Under the pieces are notes generated by a model. It saw only the letters and a list, made by a program, of their open reading frames with translations. It did no database searches and was not told the origin of the DNA. A stretch of 64,000 nucleotides of DNA. It comes from Methanomassiliicoccaceae archaeon UBA480 (GTDB lineage: Archaea > Thermoplasmatota > Thermoplasmata > Methanomassiliicoccales > Methanomethylophilaceae). Position numbers and translations under genes: made by a program. This document shows, one piece after another, positions 1 to 9,866 of this stretch (positions within the stretch are counted from its first letter, which is position 1; each line of letters opens with the position of its first letter). The DNA lies in assembly GCA_002506425.1 (NCBI GenBank), contig DAXO01000017.1, positions 50,817 through 114,816 of the forward strand, in the 5' to 3' direction.

Positions 1-660
1 GGGATACAGGCCGACGTGCGCATGGAGATGGACCGTCAGGATGTCTTCCGCATACGTATAGGCGGAAAGTATGCCCCGGGCTTCTTTTCATGGGAGATCC
101 CCTGCGGAGATTTCACCCGCGTCGGTCTCTGCACATCCTGGTCCGCAGGACCTCCGTATCCGTATCTCAAGAGGCTGCTGGCCGATCTGGGCTGTGAAGA
201 CAGGGTCGAGAGGCTTCACTGCGGCAAGATACCCATAGGGCGCCGCAGAACGATGTCATCCGACCGCAGAATGCTCATCGGCGATGCCGCATCTCAGATA
301 AAGCCCGTATCCGGAGGGGGGATATACCCATCCATGGTCGCGGCGCCGATTCTCGCAGAGGTGGCATCCGAAGCCATCTCTGACAGGGACCTGTCGGCAC
401 GCAGGCTGAAACGCTATGACAGGTTGTTCGATGATGAGCTGGGCAGGGAGCTGAAGCACGGAGCGTTCATCAGACGCGCCTTCGTCAGGATGGACGACCG
501 CGACCTGGATAGGGCAGGGGCCTTCTCGGCGCGTCCGGATGTCAGAAGGATCCTCGATACGATGGAGATCGACGATCCGTCCGCCGTCATCCCGATGATG
601 CTCCGCCATCCATCCACCGGCATCCGCGGCATAGCGACCTTCCTGAGGTGTGTTTTATGA
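1..660 (+). CDS. Geranylgeranyl reductase family flavoprotein, 5'-truncated by window edge
   Basis: Frame open from base 1; motifs APGFFSWEIP and LIGDAASQIKPVSGGGIY; ends TGA overlapping next ATG. Confidence 0.85.
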   Translation, partial: GIQADVRMEMDRQDVFRIRIGGKYAPGFFSWEIPCGDFTRVGLCTSWSAGPPYPYLKRLLADLGCEDRVERLHCGKIPIGRRRTMSSDRRMLIGDAASQIKPVSGGGIYPSMVAAPILAEVASEAISDRDLSARRLKRYDRLFDDELGRELKHGAFIRRAFVRMDDRDLDRAGAFSARPDVRRILDTMEIDDPSAVIPMMLRHPSTGIRGIATFLRCVL

Positions 661-1688
661 AGATTGTGAAGATCGCCAGGATTCCCTCGGACGAGGCGGG
701 GCCGCTTATACGCCGTCTGATGTCGGAGGGCAAGGTGGACATCCATGCCAAGATATCCAAGGAGGGCGGCTTTCGTCTGGTTCCCATCCTGCCGGAGCAT
801 GTTCCGGAAGTAGAGGCGATGGGCTACGAGATCGGCGAAGGCGAGGCCTATACCCTCGACAGGAGGAGTCCGCAGGAGAGGATCGCCCATGAGCTGGAGG
901 ATCTTCCCGTTCGCGACATCCTGCCGGACCGCTGGGAGTTTGTAGGCGACATAGCGATTCTCAAGCTGGATCCGCGCTGCGAGCCCTATCTCGACCGTAT
1001 AGGGGATGCCTACGCCAAGGTGCTGGGGACGGCCACCGTCTGCGCGGACCTCCATGGCGTCTCGGGCGAGTTCCGCAGACCGAGCATGAAGGTCATCCAC
1101 GGGACCGAGACCGAATCGGTCCGTCTTGAGAACGGGATAAGGTATAGATTCGACGTGACCAAGGTCATGTTCGCTTCAGGGAACACCGACGAGCGCATGA
1201 GGATGCGCCGTCTGGACTGCACCGGCGAGACCGTGGTGGACATGTTCGCAGGCATAGGATACTTCACCCTGCCTCTGGCGAAGTTCTCCAATCCCCGCAG
1301 GGTGTTCGCCTGCGAGAAGAATCCCGATTCGTACAGATATCTGGTCGCCAACATCCGCGGCAACGATGTCGATCGCACAGTGGTCCCCATACTCGGAGAC
1401 AACAGGGACATCCCAGGAAGGGATTTCGCCGATAGGATCCTGATGGGTTATGTCCAGACTACGTCGGAGTTCGTGCCCGCCGCTCTGAGGATGATCCGCG
1501 AAGGCGGAGTGATCCACTACCACGACACGTTCTACGTTGGGGAGCAGAGGAAGAAGGTGGACGAGGTCTTCGGACCCCTGTGCGAGTACGAGATCCTCGG
1601 TATACGCGAGGTCAAGTCCTTCGCCCCGTCCGTTTCTCATTACGTGGCCGATATCAGGATACTTTCTCGCTCGCCCCGCTCGCCGTGA
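657..1688 (+). CDS. Trm5/Taw2 (TYW2)-family SAM-dependent tRNA modification enzyme
   Basis: ENGIRYRFDVTKVMF and GETVVDMFAGIGYFTLP motifs; ATGA overlap with upstream gene. Confidence 0.85.
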   Translation: MKIVKIARIPSDEAGPLIRRLMSEGKVDIHAKISKEGGFRLVPILPEHVPEVEAMGYEIGEGEAYTLDRRSPQERIAHELEDLPVRDILPDRWEFVGDIAILKLDPRCEPYLDRIGDAYAKVLGTATVCADLHGVSGEFRRPSMKVIHGTETESVRLENGIRYRFDVTKVMFASGNTDERMRMRRLDCTGETVVDMFAGIGYFTLPLAKFSNPRRVFACEKNPDSYRYLVANIRGNDVDRTVVPILGDNRDIPGRDFADRILMGYVQTTSEFVPAALRMIREGGVIHYHDTFYVGEQRKKVDEVFGPLCEYEILGIREVKSFAPSVSHYVADIRILSRSPRSP

Positions 1689-3162
1689 GCAGGGTGTTCA
1701 TGGCGTCGCGATACTTCTCCCCCTCGGCCTTGATGACTCCTGCCGCGAACGGCGTCAGATAGTCCGCAAGGTCCTTCTCGTCATGCGACAGCTTCAGATT
1801 GGGCGATGCCCCGGCCGCGGATAGGAACGCTACTGCGACGGAGCGGGATCTGCTGTCCTTGAGGGACGAACCGGTAACAACCTCTTCGACCATCGATGCG
1901 CCTCCGACCTTGGCCGCCTTGGCCAGTCTGTCGGAGAGCTGGGTGATCGGCCCCGGTCTTTTGAATTCAGGCAGGGACGCGACGACGTCCGCGGATAGGA
2001 ACATGCTGTATGCGTCCGCAAGGACCTTTGACGGTTGGCTCCTGGAGACGTCTCCCATAGCGTCGGCGGTCCTTTGATCGGTCAGAGCTGCGATTATCCC
2101 TTTGCAGTCAGCCTCCCATATGGCGGCGAGGGCTTCGGACGCCTTCGCCGATCTCACAACCACCGCCCTTCCGTTTCCGGACAGGAATTTCCTCAGCGCC
2201 TCGATCTCCCTCTCATCCCCTTCGAGGTCCGAAAGGAACTTCTCGAGGTCGGACCCGTAGTTCCTGGTTCCTACTATGTATGTGGACGAGCCTGCGTCCT
2301 TCAGGCTGCCGAGCTTGGATCTCTTGACGGAGGATATGATGTTCGAATCGGTTACCTTCCCCAGCATGTACTCCTTGAGCCTGTCTCCCGTGATCGTTTC
2401 TGAATCGCTCTCGCCGACGGAATGGTACTTGTGTCTCACGCGGACCTCGATATCATCCAACGGATCGACGGCGGCCAGCCTGGAGACCACGAATGCGAGG
2501 GTCGAGATGTCCTTGGCGCAGTTCTCGCATATGGAGATGGTCTCGTCCAGGGATTTGACATGTATCTCGAGCACTGCCGACGACTCGTGCCTGCAGGACA
2601 GCCCGTCCTCCGGGAACTCGTAGGGAGTCTCCCAGAAGGTATCGTACAGATAGTCCTCAGGCATGTTCGGATCGTCGGAGCAGACCAGGTTGTCGCCGAA
2701 AGAATACAGGTGGAGCTTGTTCTTCTTCACATGATCGGAGTAGAGGAGAAGCCTCTTCTTCGGATCGTCGTAGTACTGGCAGCCGATGAGTTTTGTCGCA
2801 TTGACTGTTCCGCGGACGGCGTACGATACCGTCTCACCTCCGAGCTTCCCGGAAGCGAGAAGAGGAACCGATCCGGCCGCAGCGAGAGAGATTGTGCCTG
2901 CATAGGCGCGGACGATGTCGTCCCCTCCGAACCTCGACGCCTCCTTTATGAGGGCTTCCGGATCATTCTTGATCTTGTGCAACCCGTCGATCTGCTTGAA
3001 CGGCTTGTCGAAGGCACATTTCCTGCAGTGCCCGGCGCACTGCGGCCTGAGGATCCCGGGGTCGTCCGATAGTATCTTGGACTTGTCCAACAGGTCCTCC
3101 TCGAGTCTTTTGGAGGTGTGCTTGACGCCCCTCATCCTCAGACGCTTCTTCTGCTGTGCCAT
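1654..3162 (-). CDS. Hypothetical protein, 502 aa, with Cys-rich N-terminal motif
   Basis: Long ORF with host-like codon usage; CAGHCRKC and CENC motifs; no family recognised. Confidence 0.75.
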   Translation of the reverse strand: MAQQKKRLRMRGVKHTSKRLEEDLLDKSKILSDDPGILRPQCAGHCRKCAFDKPFKQIDGLHKIKNDPEALIKEASRFGGDDIVRAYAGTISLAAAGSVPLLASGKLGGETVSYAVRGTVNATKLIGCQYYDDPKKRLLLYSDHVKKNKLHLYSFGDNLVCSDDPNMPEDYLYDTFWETPYEFPEDGLSCRHESSAVLEIHVKSLDETISICENCAKDISTLAFVVSRLAAVDPLDDIEVRVRHKYHSVGESDSETITGDRLKEYMLGKVTDSNIISSVKRSKLGSLKDAGSSTYIVGTRNYGSDLEKFLSDLEGDEREIEALRKFLSGNGRAVVVRSAKASEALAAIWEADCKGIIAALTDQRTADAMGDVSRSQPSKVLADAYSMFLSADVVASLPEFKRPGPITQLSDRLAKAAKVGGASMVEEVVTGSSLKDSRSRSVAVAFLSAAGASPNLKLSHDEKDLADYLTPFAAGVIKAEGEKYRDAMNTLLTASGASEKVS

Positions 3163-3253
3163 GAATCCGACATCAACCTCGCATTAGTAATATCTGCGCA
3201 CGCGTGTGCGGGATAGTTGTAATTACCGTGTGTGCATCGAGGGTCGATTCGAT

Positions 3254-3751
3254 ATGGAGTCGCGTTTCGAGATGTCCGTCCGCGAGCTGCTCGCCCGTCC
3301 GCCGTTCCGTTACCGGGCGGTCCCGCCGGAGGAAATGGCCCTGTTCTGCCGGGCGCTGACTCATGACAGTGCCGGCGACGGGAAACCCGTCGATTCCTAC
3401 GAGAGGCTGGAGTTCCTCGGAGATGCGGTTCTGGAGCTCATAGCATGCGAAGAGGCCTATCGCGACGATTCTCTTGCAGAAGGTTCGATGACTGCCATAA
3501 AGCAGGATTGGGTGGCCAACCACAGGATATCCGAGAATGTGCTGGCCTACGGTCTCCGCATAGACGATGTGCTGAGGGTCGGAGGCGGGCATCTCGATTC
3601 TTCCGGCGTTCATCGCATCAGCGAAGGCATGCGCGCCGACTGCTTCGAGGCCCTGTTGGCCGCCGTCTACATCACCAGAGGTCTGGAGGAGGCCCGCAGG
3701 ATAGCGCGCGAGGTCACCATCCGCGCCCCTTCCTGTACGGACAGGGTGCGA
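3254..3751 (+). CDS. Ribonuclease III catalytic domain protein without dsRBD; ends at putative CGA stop
   Basis: RNase III signature ERLEFLGDAVL plus ADCFEALLAA; in-frame CGA at 3749-3751 precedes the next gene; standard-code ORF would run to 4033. Confidence 0.8.
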
Positions 3752-3788
3752 CGTCTGACTTATAGGGTACATCATCGATACACCTTCC

Positions 3789-4715
3789 GTGACAACAGTC
3801 GAGGAGACCGCGGAGAAAATCCGCAGCATGGAGATCCGCGGCGCCGGAAGGATAGCCAGAGCCGGAGCAGATGCCCTGAAGGAGTATGCGGAATCGTATG
3901 CCGGCGACACGCTGGAGGGTTTCCTCGCAGGTTTGGCGTCGGCCCAGGATGCGCTGCTCGCCTCCCGCCCTACGGCGGTATCGCTCTGGAACGGTATCCA
4001 CGCGACGGTCCGCGGCGCCGAATCCGCTGCTGATCTGGAGTCCGCGAGGGCCATGGTCGTCAGGAACGCAGGGGATTTCCGCCGGAGGTCCGAGATGGCA
4101 GTCAAGGAGATCGCCAGGATAGGGGCGAGACGCATCCAGGACGGGGACACCATCCTCACGCACTGCAACAGCAGCGCCGCTCTGGGCGTGATCAAGGAAG
4201 CACACCGCCAGGGGAAGCACATCCGGGTGTTCGCCACGGAGTCGCGCCCTTGGCGCCAGGGGATACTCACGGTCAACGACTTGGCGGACGCCGGGGTGGA
4301 CGTGACTCTCATCATAGACAGCGCGGTCAGGGGCGTCATGAAGAAGGTGGACAAGGTGTTCGTGGGAGCGGACACGGTCACCTCCCAGGGTGCGCTGATA
4401 AACAAGGTGGGCACCTCCCAGCTGGCGCTGGCGGCCCACGAGGCCCGCGTTCAGTTCTACGTGTGCGCCGAGACCTACAAGTTCTCCCCGATGACCATGT
4501 TCGGCGACACGGTCACCATCGAGGAGAGGGACGTCTCCGAGGTCGTCAGGCCCGGGGAGGTCCGTGGAAACGTCAAGATTTTCAATCCCGTATTCGACAG
4601 CACGCCGGCAGGCTACATTGACGCGATAATCACGGAGCTGGGGATGATGTCTCCCGGATCCGTGTACGGCGTGATGGTCGACCAGCTGGGGGACGGGATC
4701 TTCAACAAGGAGCGA
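3789..4715 (+). CDS. Ribose-1,5-bisphosphate isomerase (eIF2B-like); ends at putative CGA stop
   Basis: MEIRGAGRIA, ILTHCNS, ESRP, VGAD, NKVGT, NPVFDSTP motifs; CGA 4713-4715 overlaps RuBisCO ATG (CGATG). Confidence 0.9.
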
Positions 4716-5956
4716 TGGAGATGGAGAGCTATTCGTACTTGCACCTCGGGGAGCCCGAGGATCCGGAGAGGAATGTCGTATGCAGATACAGGGTGACCAC
4801 GGATCTGCCCATCGAGAAGGCCGCCGAGGCCATCGCCGCAGAGCAGTCCACAGGGACATGGACGGGCATCTCCACGCTGGATCGTTCGATATTCGACGAT
4901 CTGGGAGCCCGTATAACATCTATCGACGGGGATGTCGTCACATGCGAGTATCCTGCTGCGGATTTCAGCATCGAGACCGGTGCGGTGCCGCAGATCCTGA
5001 GCGTCATAGCGGGCAATCTCTTCGGCCTCGGCGCTCTCAGGGCGGTAAGGCTCGAGGACGTGACCTTCCCGCGCTCCATCCTGGACCAGTTCAAAGGACC
5101 GAAGTTCGGAGCAGAAGGCATCAGGACCGCTCTTCGCAGGCCGGAGAGACCCTTGGTGGGCACGATAGTGAAGCCCAAGATCGGACTGTCTCCGAGCAAG
5201 ACCGCCGAATACGTCTATGAGGCGGGAGCCGGCGGTCTCACCAATTCGAAGGATGACGAGACCCTCGTCGACCAGTCATTCTGTCCCATCGAGGACAGGA
5301 CGGTCTGCGTCTCGGAGGCTCTGGATCGCCTCGAGGAGGAGGGTCACCTGATGATGCACGCGATCAATGTGAGCACGCGCAGCGACAGGATCGTCGAGCT
5401 GGCGGAGAAGGTTCAGGGATGGGGCGCCAGGGAGATAATGGTCGATGTGGTCACATGCGGATTCGGATGCCTGCAGGCGCTGGCCGAGGACCCGTCAATC
5501 AAGGTCCCGATACACGTCCACCGCACGATGCACGGAGCGTTCACCAAGGATCCCCTCCACGGGATCAACATGCTCGTCCTGACCAAGCTGGTGCGCATGG
5601 TCGGGGGAGATGCGCTCCATATAGGGACCCTAGGAGTGGGCAAGATGGCGGCCGGGGCCCACGACGACAGCAATCTGAAGGCCTGTCTGGGGGACGATGT
5701 GCCCTACAGGAGGGTGATGCCGGTATGCTCAGGCGGGGTCCATCCCGGACTCGTTGCGGACATAATAGCTCGTTCCGGCATGGACGTGCAGATACAGGCC
5801 GGAGGAGGCGTGGCCGGACATCCCGGAGGAGTGAGGGCGGGCGCCATGGCCATGAGCCAAGCCGTCGATGCCGCTTACGAGGGCGTGGACGCCTGTGCAT
5901 ACGCCGAGGACCATCCGGAGCTGAAGGTTGCTCTCGAGAGGTGGGGATCCAGATGA
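4715..5956 (+). CDS. rbcL: RuBisCO large subunit, archaeal form III-like
   Basis: AEQSTGTW, KPKIGLS, KDDE, HVHRTMHGA, GKM (loop 6 Lys), SGGVHP, QAGGG motifs; between R15P isomerase and AMP phosphorylase. Confidence 0.9.
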   Translation: MEMESYSYLHLGEPEDPERNVVCRYRVTTDLPIEKAAEAIAAEQSTGTWTGISTLDRSIFDDLGARITSIDGDVVTCEYPAADFSIETGAVPQILSVIAGNLFGLGALRAVRLEDVTFPRSILDQFKGPKFGAEGIRTALRRPERPLVGTIVKPKIGLSPSKTAEYVYEAGAGGLTNSKDDETLVDQSFCPIEDRTVCVSEALDRLEEEGHLMMHAINVSTRSDRIVELAEKVQGWGAREIMVDVVTCGFGCLQALAEDPSIKVPIHVHRTMHGAFTKDPLHGINMLVLTKLVRMVGGDALHIGTLGVGKMAAGAHDDSNLKACLGDDVPYRRVMPVCSGGVHPGLVADIIARSGMDVQIQAGGGVAGHPGGVRAGAMAMSQAVDAAYEGVDACAYAEDHPELKVALERWGSR

Positions 5957-7467
5957 AGCTGATAGCGAGGTACTACGATCTCGACGCCTCCGAACCAGTC
6001 GTGCTCATGCACGATCTGGACTGCGCGGAGATCGGCGTCAAGGAGAACGATCGCGTGTCCGTCACCGGGACGAAGAGCACGGTAGCTCTCGTAACCAGCT
6101 CCGACACTCTTGTGGATGCGGGCACCGTGCTTATGCCGGCCCCTGTCATGGAGCGCTGCGGCGCCCGCGACGGCGACGAGGTCGAGGTCGCGTACTCCAG
6201 CAAGCCCGATTCCGTCCGCTCCATCCGCAGGAAGATGGACGGCGAGCGTCTCGAAAGGGAGGAGATCGAGGCCATAGTGGAGGATATCCTGAACAACAAG
6301 CTGTCCAAGATAGAGATCTCCGCATGGCTCACCGCCCTCTACATCAACGGCATGGATATCGACGAGATCGCCGATTTCACCAAGGCGATGGCCCATACGG
6401 GGGACATCATCAAGTTCGACAGGCAGCCTGTGTTCGATTTCCACAGCTTCGGAGGGGTTCCAGGCAATAAGATCACTCCGATAGTGGTCTCGATCGTCGC
6501 CGCCGCAGGCGTGATGATCCCGAAGACCTCGTCTCGCGCCATCAGCAGCGCGTGCGGCACGTCAGATTTCGTGGAGACGTTCTGCAACGTGGAGCTCGAT
6601 GCCGATTCCCTCAAGCGCATCGCAGAGGATGTCGGAGGGGTATTCGCATGGGGCGGAGGCATGAACATAGCTCCCGTCGACGATCTGGTGATAAAGATCG
6701 AGCACCCCCTCGGGATCAATCCGAGGGCGCAGATGCTGGCTTCCATCATGAGCAAGAAGCTTGCGATAGGCGCGAACTACCTGCTCATCGACATACCTAT
6801 GGGTTCGGGGACCAAGGTGCCCACGATAGAGGAGGCCAGATCCTATTCCAGAGATCTCATGGACCTCGGCGAGAGGCTCGACATGCACATAGAGTGCGCC
6901 ATCACGTACGCGGATCAGCCCGTGGGAACGGCAGTGGGGCCCATCCTCGAGGCAAGGGAGTGCATATCCATACTGGAAGGGTCCAAGCATCCTGCCAGTG
7001 TGATCGAGAAGGCCTGCGACTGCGCAGGCATAATCCTCGATATGGCCGGCATACCCGGAGGGGCGGCCAAGGCGAAGGAGATCCTCGATTCCGGCGAGGC
7101 CCATCGCAAGTTCATGGAGATCGTCGTGGCGCAGGGCGGCAGGGCGGATCTGAAGTCATCGGACCTGAAGCCCGGCGACTACAAGGAGGACATCGTCGCC
7201 TCCAAGTCGGGATACGTCCATGCGATCCGCAACAAGGACATCGTGGCCATAGCCAAGGCGGCAGGAGCGCCTAACGACAAGGGCGCGGGTCTGCTGATCC
7301 TCAAGAAGAAGGGTCAGAGGGTCGAGGCAGGGGATGTTCTCATGACGATCTATGCCGACAACGATGCGAAGCTCAGGAGGGCTCGCGAGACGGCCATCAA
7401 GTATCCTCCCATCGACATCGAGGGGATGCTCATCAAGAGGGTGTCGTCGGTCAACGTGAGGAGATGA
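5953..7467 (+). CDS. AMP phosphorylase (thymidine phosphorylase family)
   Basis: HSFGGVPGNK, KTSSRAISSACGTSD, ASIMSKK motifs with archaeal N-terminal extension; ATGA overlaps. Confidence 0.92.
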   Translation: MKLIARYYDLDASEPVVLMHDLDCAEIGVKENDRVSVTGTKSTVALVTSSDTLVDAGTVLMPAPVMERCGARDGDEVEVAYSSKPDSVRSIRRKMDGERLEREEIEAIVEDILNNKLSKIEISAWLTALYINGMDIDEIADFTKAMAHTGDIIKFDRQPVFDFHSFGGVPGNKITPIVVSIVAAAGVMIPKTSSRAISSACGTSDFVETFCNVELDADSLKRIAEDVGGVFAWGGGMNIAPVDDLVIKIEHPLGINPRAQMLASIMSKKLAIGANYLLIDIPMGSGTKVPTIEEARSYSRDLMDLGERLDMHIECAITYADQPVGTAVGPILEARECISILEGSKHPASVIEKACDCAGIILDMAGIPGGAAKAKEILDSGEAHRKFMEIVVAQGGRADLKSSDLKPGDYKEDIVASKSGYVHAIRNKDIVAIAKAAGAPNDKGAGLLILKKKGQRVEAGDVLMTIYADNDAKLRRARETAIKYPPIDIEGMLIKRVSSVNVRR

Positions 7468-8222
7468 GGAAGCTATACTACACGGTCGATGTCGACCGCG
7501 ATGTGAACATCCAGATCCCGGGGTGCGAGGCGGCAGGGTCGATAGACAGGGGGGCGGGGACGGCCCCCCGCTTCTCATCGTCCGAACGCGGTCTGGGAAT
7601 CATCCTGGATATGCTCGACGATCTCGGCATCAGGGGAACGCTGTTCTTCGAAGGGAGGACGGCGGAGACCGTGGACTGCTCCAGGGCCGCAGGGCATGCC
7701 GTGGGCGTCCATGGCTACGACCACGAGGATCTCTCCGCTCTCGACGACGAACGTCTCGAGCAGGTCGTCTCCCGTGCCTGGAACGCGGTAACGGATTCGG
7801 TCGGGGTGCCGACGTGCTCCCGCGCCCCGTACATGAATGCGGACGGCAGGGTCCTGAGGGTCTTCCGCGCGCACGGGTCGAAAGTCGATTCGTCGATGTA
7901 CACCCCTGTCGGAGGTTCTACGGAACCTTTCGAGCGGGATGGCATCCTGGAGCAGCCTGTTCCCAAGGCGCACGACTCCAGAGGACATGTTATCGCAGCG
8001 TATCTCTGGCCGATGCATGAAGGGAAGAGGCGTCCGGAAGATTACATCGAGATGGCGTCCAGCATCGACGGGCCAGTGGTCCTGGCGGATCACAGCTGGC
8101 ATATGGCGGAGACCCGCGAGGGCGGCCCCATCGGCCCGGAAGGGGAGCGCGCCGCTGTTGTCGCTGTCACCGAGATTCTGGAGGGCATCATGGATCTCGG
8201 GTTCGAACCCGCCGTGCTCCGA
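7464..8222 (+). CDS. Polysaccharide deacetylase-family protein; ends at putative CGA stop
   Basis: TVDVD, GTLFFEG, GVHGYDHED, RAPY motifs; CGA 8220-8222 followed by AT-rich intergenic and folD; standard ORF would overlap folD by about 250 nt. Confidence 0.8.
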
Positions 8223-8304
8223 GGCCCGCGATTCGCAAGCGCCGGACGTTCCGGCGCGCACTTTAATAGGACCCCTGCGATTAGACGGCCATTCGAGGTG
8301 GAAC

Positions 8305-9195
8305 ATGACAGCCAGGCTCATTCTGGGAAAGGACGTTTCCGAGCAGATATACGCCGACCTCAGGCAGAGGATAGCGGCGCTGAAGGCGAAGGGCGTGACG
8401 CCCGGTCTGGCAGTGGTCCTGGTCGGCGACGATCCCGCCTCGCAGGTGTACGTACGCAAGAAGGGAGAGATGTGCGAGGCTCTCGGGATGCGCTCCATGA
8501 CGATACGCATGCCCGCATCCACTACCCAGGAGGAGCTCCTGAGGAAGATCAATGAGCTCAATGCCGACCCTGCTGTCCACGGCTTCCTGATACAGCTGCC
8601 TCTTCCCCCTCAGATCGATGAGGCAGCGGTCATATCGGCGGTGTCCCCTTCCAAGGACGTCGATTGTTTCCATCCGTCCAATGTAGGAAGGCTGCTCACC
8701 GGCGACCCGACGTTCCTGCCGGCTACGCCCGCCGGAGTGCAGCAGATGCTGATCCGGTCCGGGATAGATACCAGAGGGAAGCACGTCGTCGTCGTGGGCA
8801 GGAGCAATATAGTCGGCAAGCCGATGGCGGCTCTGATGATGCAGCGGGGGGACGGTGCCGACTCCACGGTGACCGTCGTCCATTCGAAGACCGAGGACCT
8901 CGGCGCCATAACGAGGCAGGCGGATATCCTGATCGTAGCCGTCGGGAAGCCCGGATTCATAAAGGCCGACGATGTCAAGGAGGGCGCCGTCGTCATAGAC
9001 GTCGGAACCAACAGGGTCGACGATCCGTCCAAGCCGAGCGGTTCGAGGCTCACCGGCGACGTCGATTTCGATTCGGTCAAGGAGAAGGCCTGCGCGATAA
9101 CCCCCGTTCCGGGAGGAGTAGGTCCCATGACCATATGCATGCTCATGGCCAATGCGGTTCGTGCCGCGGAGATGGCTTCGGAGGTGTCACAATGA
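8305..9195 (+). CDS. folD: Methylenetetrahydrofolate dehydrogenase/cyclohydrolase
   Basis: YVRKK, QLPLP, KDVDCFHP, GRSNIVGKP, TPVPGGVGPMT; GAGGTG RBS. Confidence 0.95.
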   Translation: MTARLILGKDVSEQIYADLRQRIAALKAKGVTPGLAVVLVGDDPASQVYVRKKGEMCEALGMRSMTIRMPASTTQEELLRKINELNADPAVHGFLIQLPLPPQIDEAAVISAVSPSKDVDCFHPSNVGRLLTGDPTFLPATPAGVQQMLIRSGIDTRGKHVVVVGRSNIVGKPMAALMMQRGDGADSTVTVVHSKTEDLGAITRQADILIVAVGKPGFIKADDVKEGAVVIDVGTNRVDDPSKPSGSRLTGDVDFDSVKEKACAITPVPGGVGPMTICMLMANAVRAAEMASEVSQ

Positions 9196-9866
9196 TAAGG
9201 GAGTGCGAGGAGCACGGGTACTTCCGTGCGGAGAGATGTCCCGTCTGCGGCGAGGAAGGCAAGTTCATAATGTCCGACAAGGAGGTCGAGAGGATCGGCC
9301 GCACCCTGGCCGCCATCCTCAGGCACGGGAAGTTCGAGCCGGACATGGACGACCAGGGCTATGTTCCCATGCAGGAAGTCGTCTCACTGATCAGGGCTCG
9401 TCACACCTATATGAACTGGCTGAGGCCGAGGCACATCGAGGCCATCATCGAGACCGATCCAAAGGGTCGCTACGCCATCGCCAACGGCAAGATCCGCGCG
9501 ACCTACGGCCACACGATCCCTCTGGATATCAAGCTGGATAACCAGGACATCCCTCCGGAGCTGTTCTACCCGGTGGATCCGTCGGAGGTCGAGGACATCC
9601 TGAGGGATGGTATCTCGCCCACCGACAGGAACATGGTCCATCTGTCTCTCACTTACAGGGATGCGCTGAGGGCCGGCGCTGTAAGGATGGAGGAGCCGGA
9701 GGTCCTGGTCATCGACACCGGTGTATGCATGGAGATGGGCTCCGACATAGGCCGCGCGGCCAAGACCGTGTTCCTCAGCAGGCACGTTCCCTCGGATGCC
9801 ATCGATGTGGCCGATTCCGAGGATTGGGATACCGGAGAGGACGAAGAAGAAAGGGAAGTGGACTGA
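9192..9866 (+). CDS. kptA: RNA 2'-phosphotransferase (Tpt1/KptA) with N-terminal Zn ribbon
   Basis: CEEHGYFRAERCPVC, AILRH, IRATYGHT, VHLS motifs. Confidence 0.9.
   Translation: MIRECEEHGYFRAERCPVCGEEGKFIMSDKEVERIGRTLAAILRHGKFEPDMDDQGYVPMQEVVSLIRARHTYMNWLRPRHIEAIIETDPKGRYAIANGKIRATYGHTIPLDIKLDNQDIPPELFYPVDPSEVEDILRDGISPTDRNMVHLSLTYRDALRAGAVRMEEPEVLVIDTGVCMEMGSDIGRAAKTVFLSRHVPSDAIDVADSEDWDTGEDEEEREVD

Noticed and set aside
1654..1688. 35-nt convergent overlap between the Taw2-like gene and the 502-aa gene as another CGA case
   Set aside because: No in-frame CGA near either end; both end in TGA, an ordinary short overlap.
3752..4033. Standard-code C-terminal extensions of the 15 run-on ORFs (example: RNase III tail) as real overlapping coding sequence
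   Set aside because: They lack family motifs, overlap neighbouring genes or promoter-like tracts, and all begin at an in-frame CGA.
7464..8555. Random frameshifts or pseudogenisation as the cause of run-on ORFs
   Set aside because: The domains are complete and in frame up to the CGA; the same codon at 15 independent ends is not expected from random indels.
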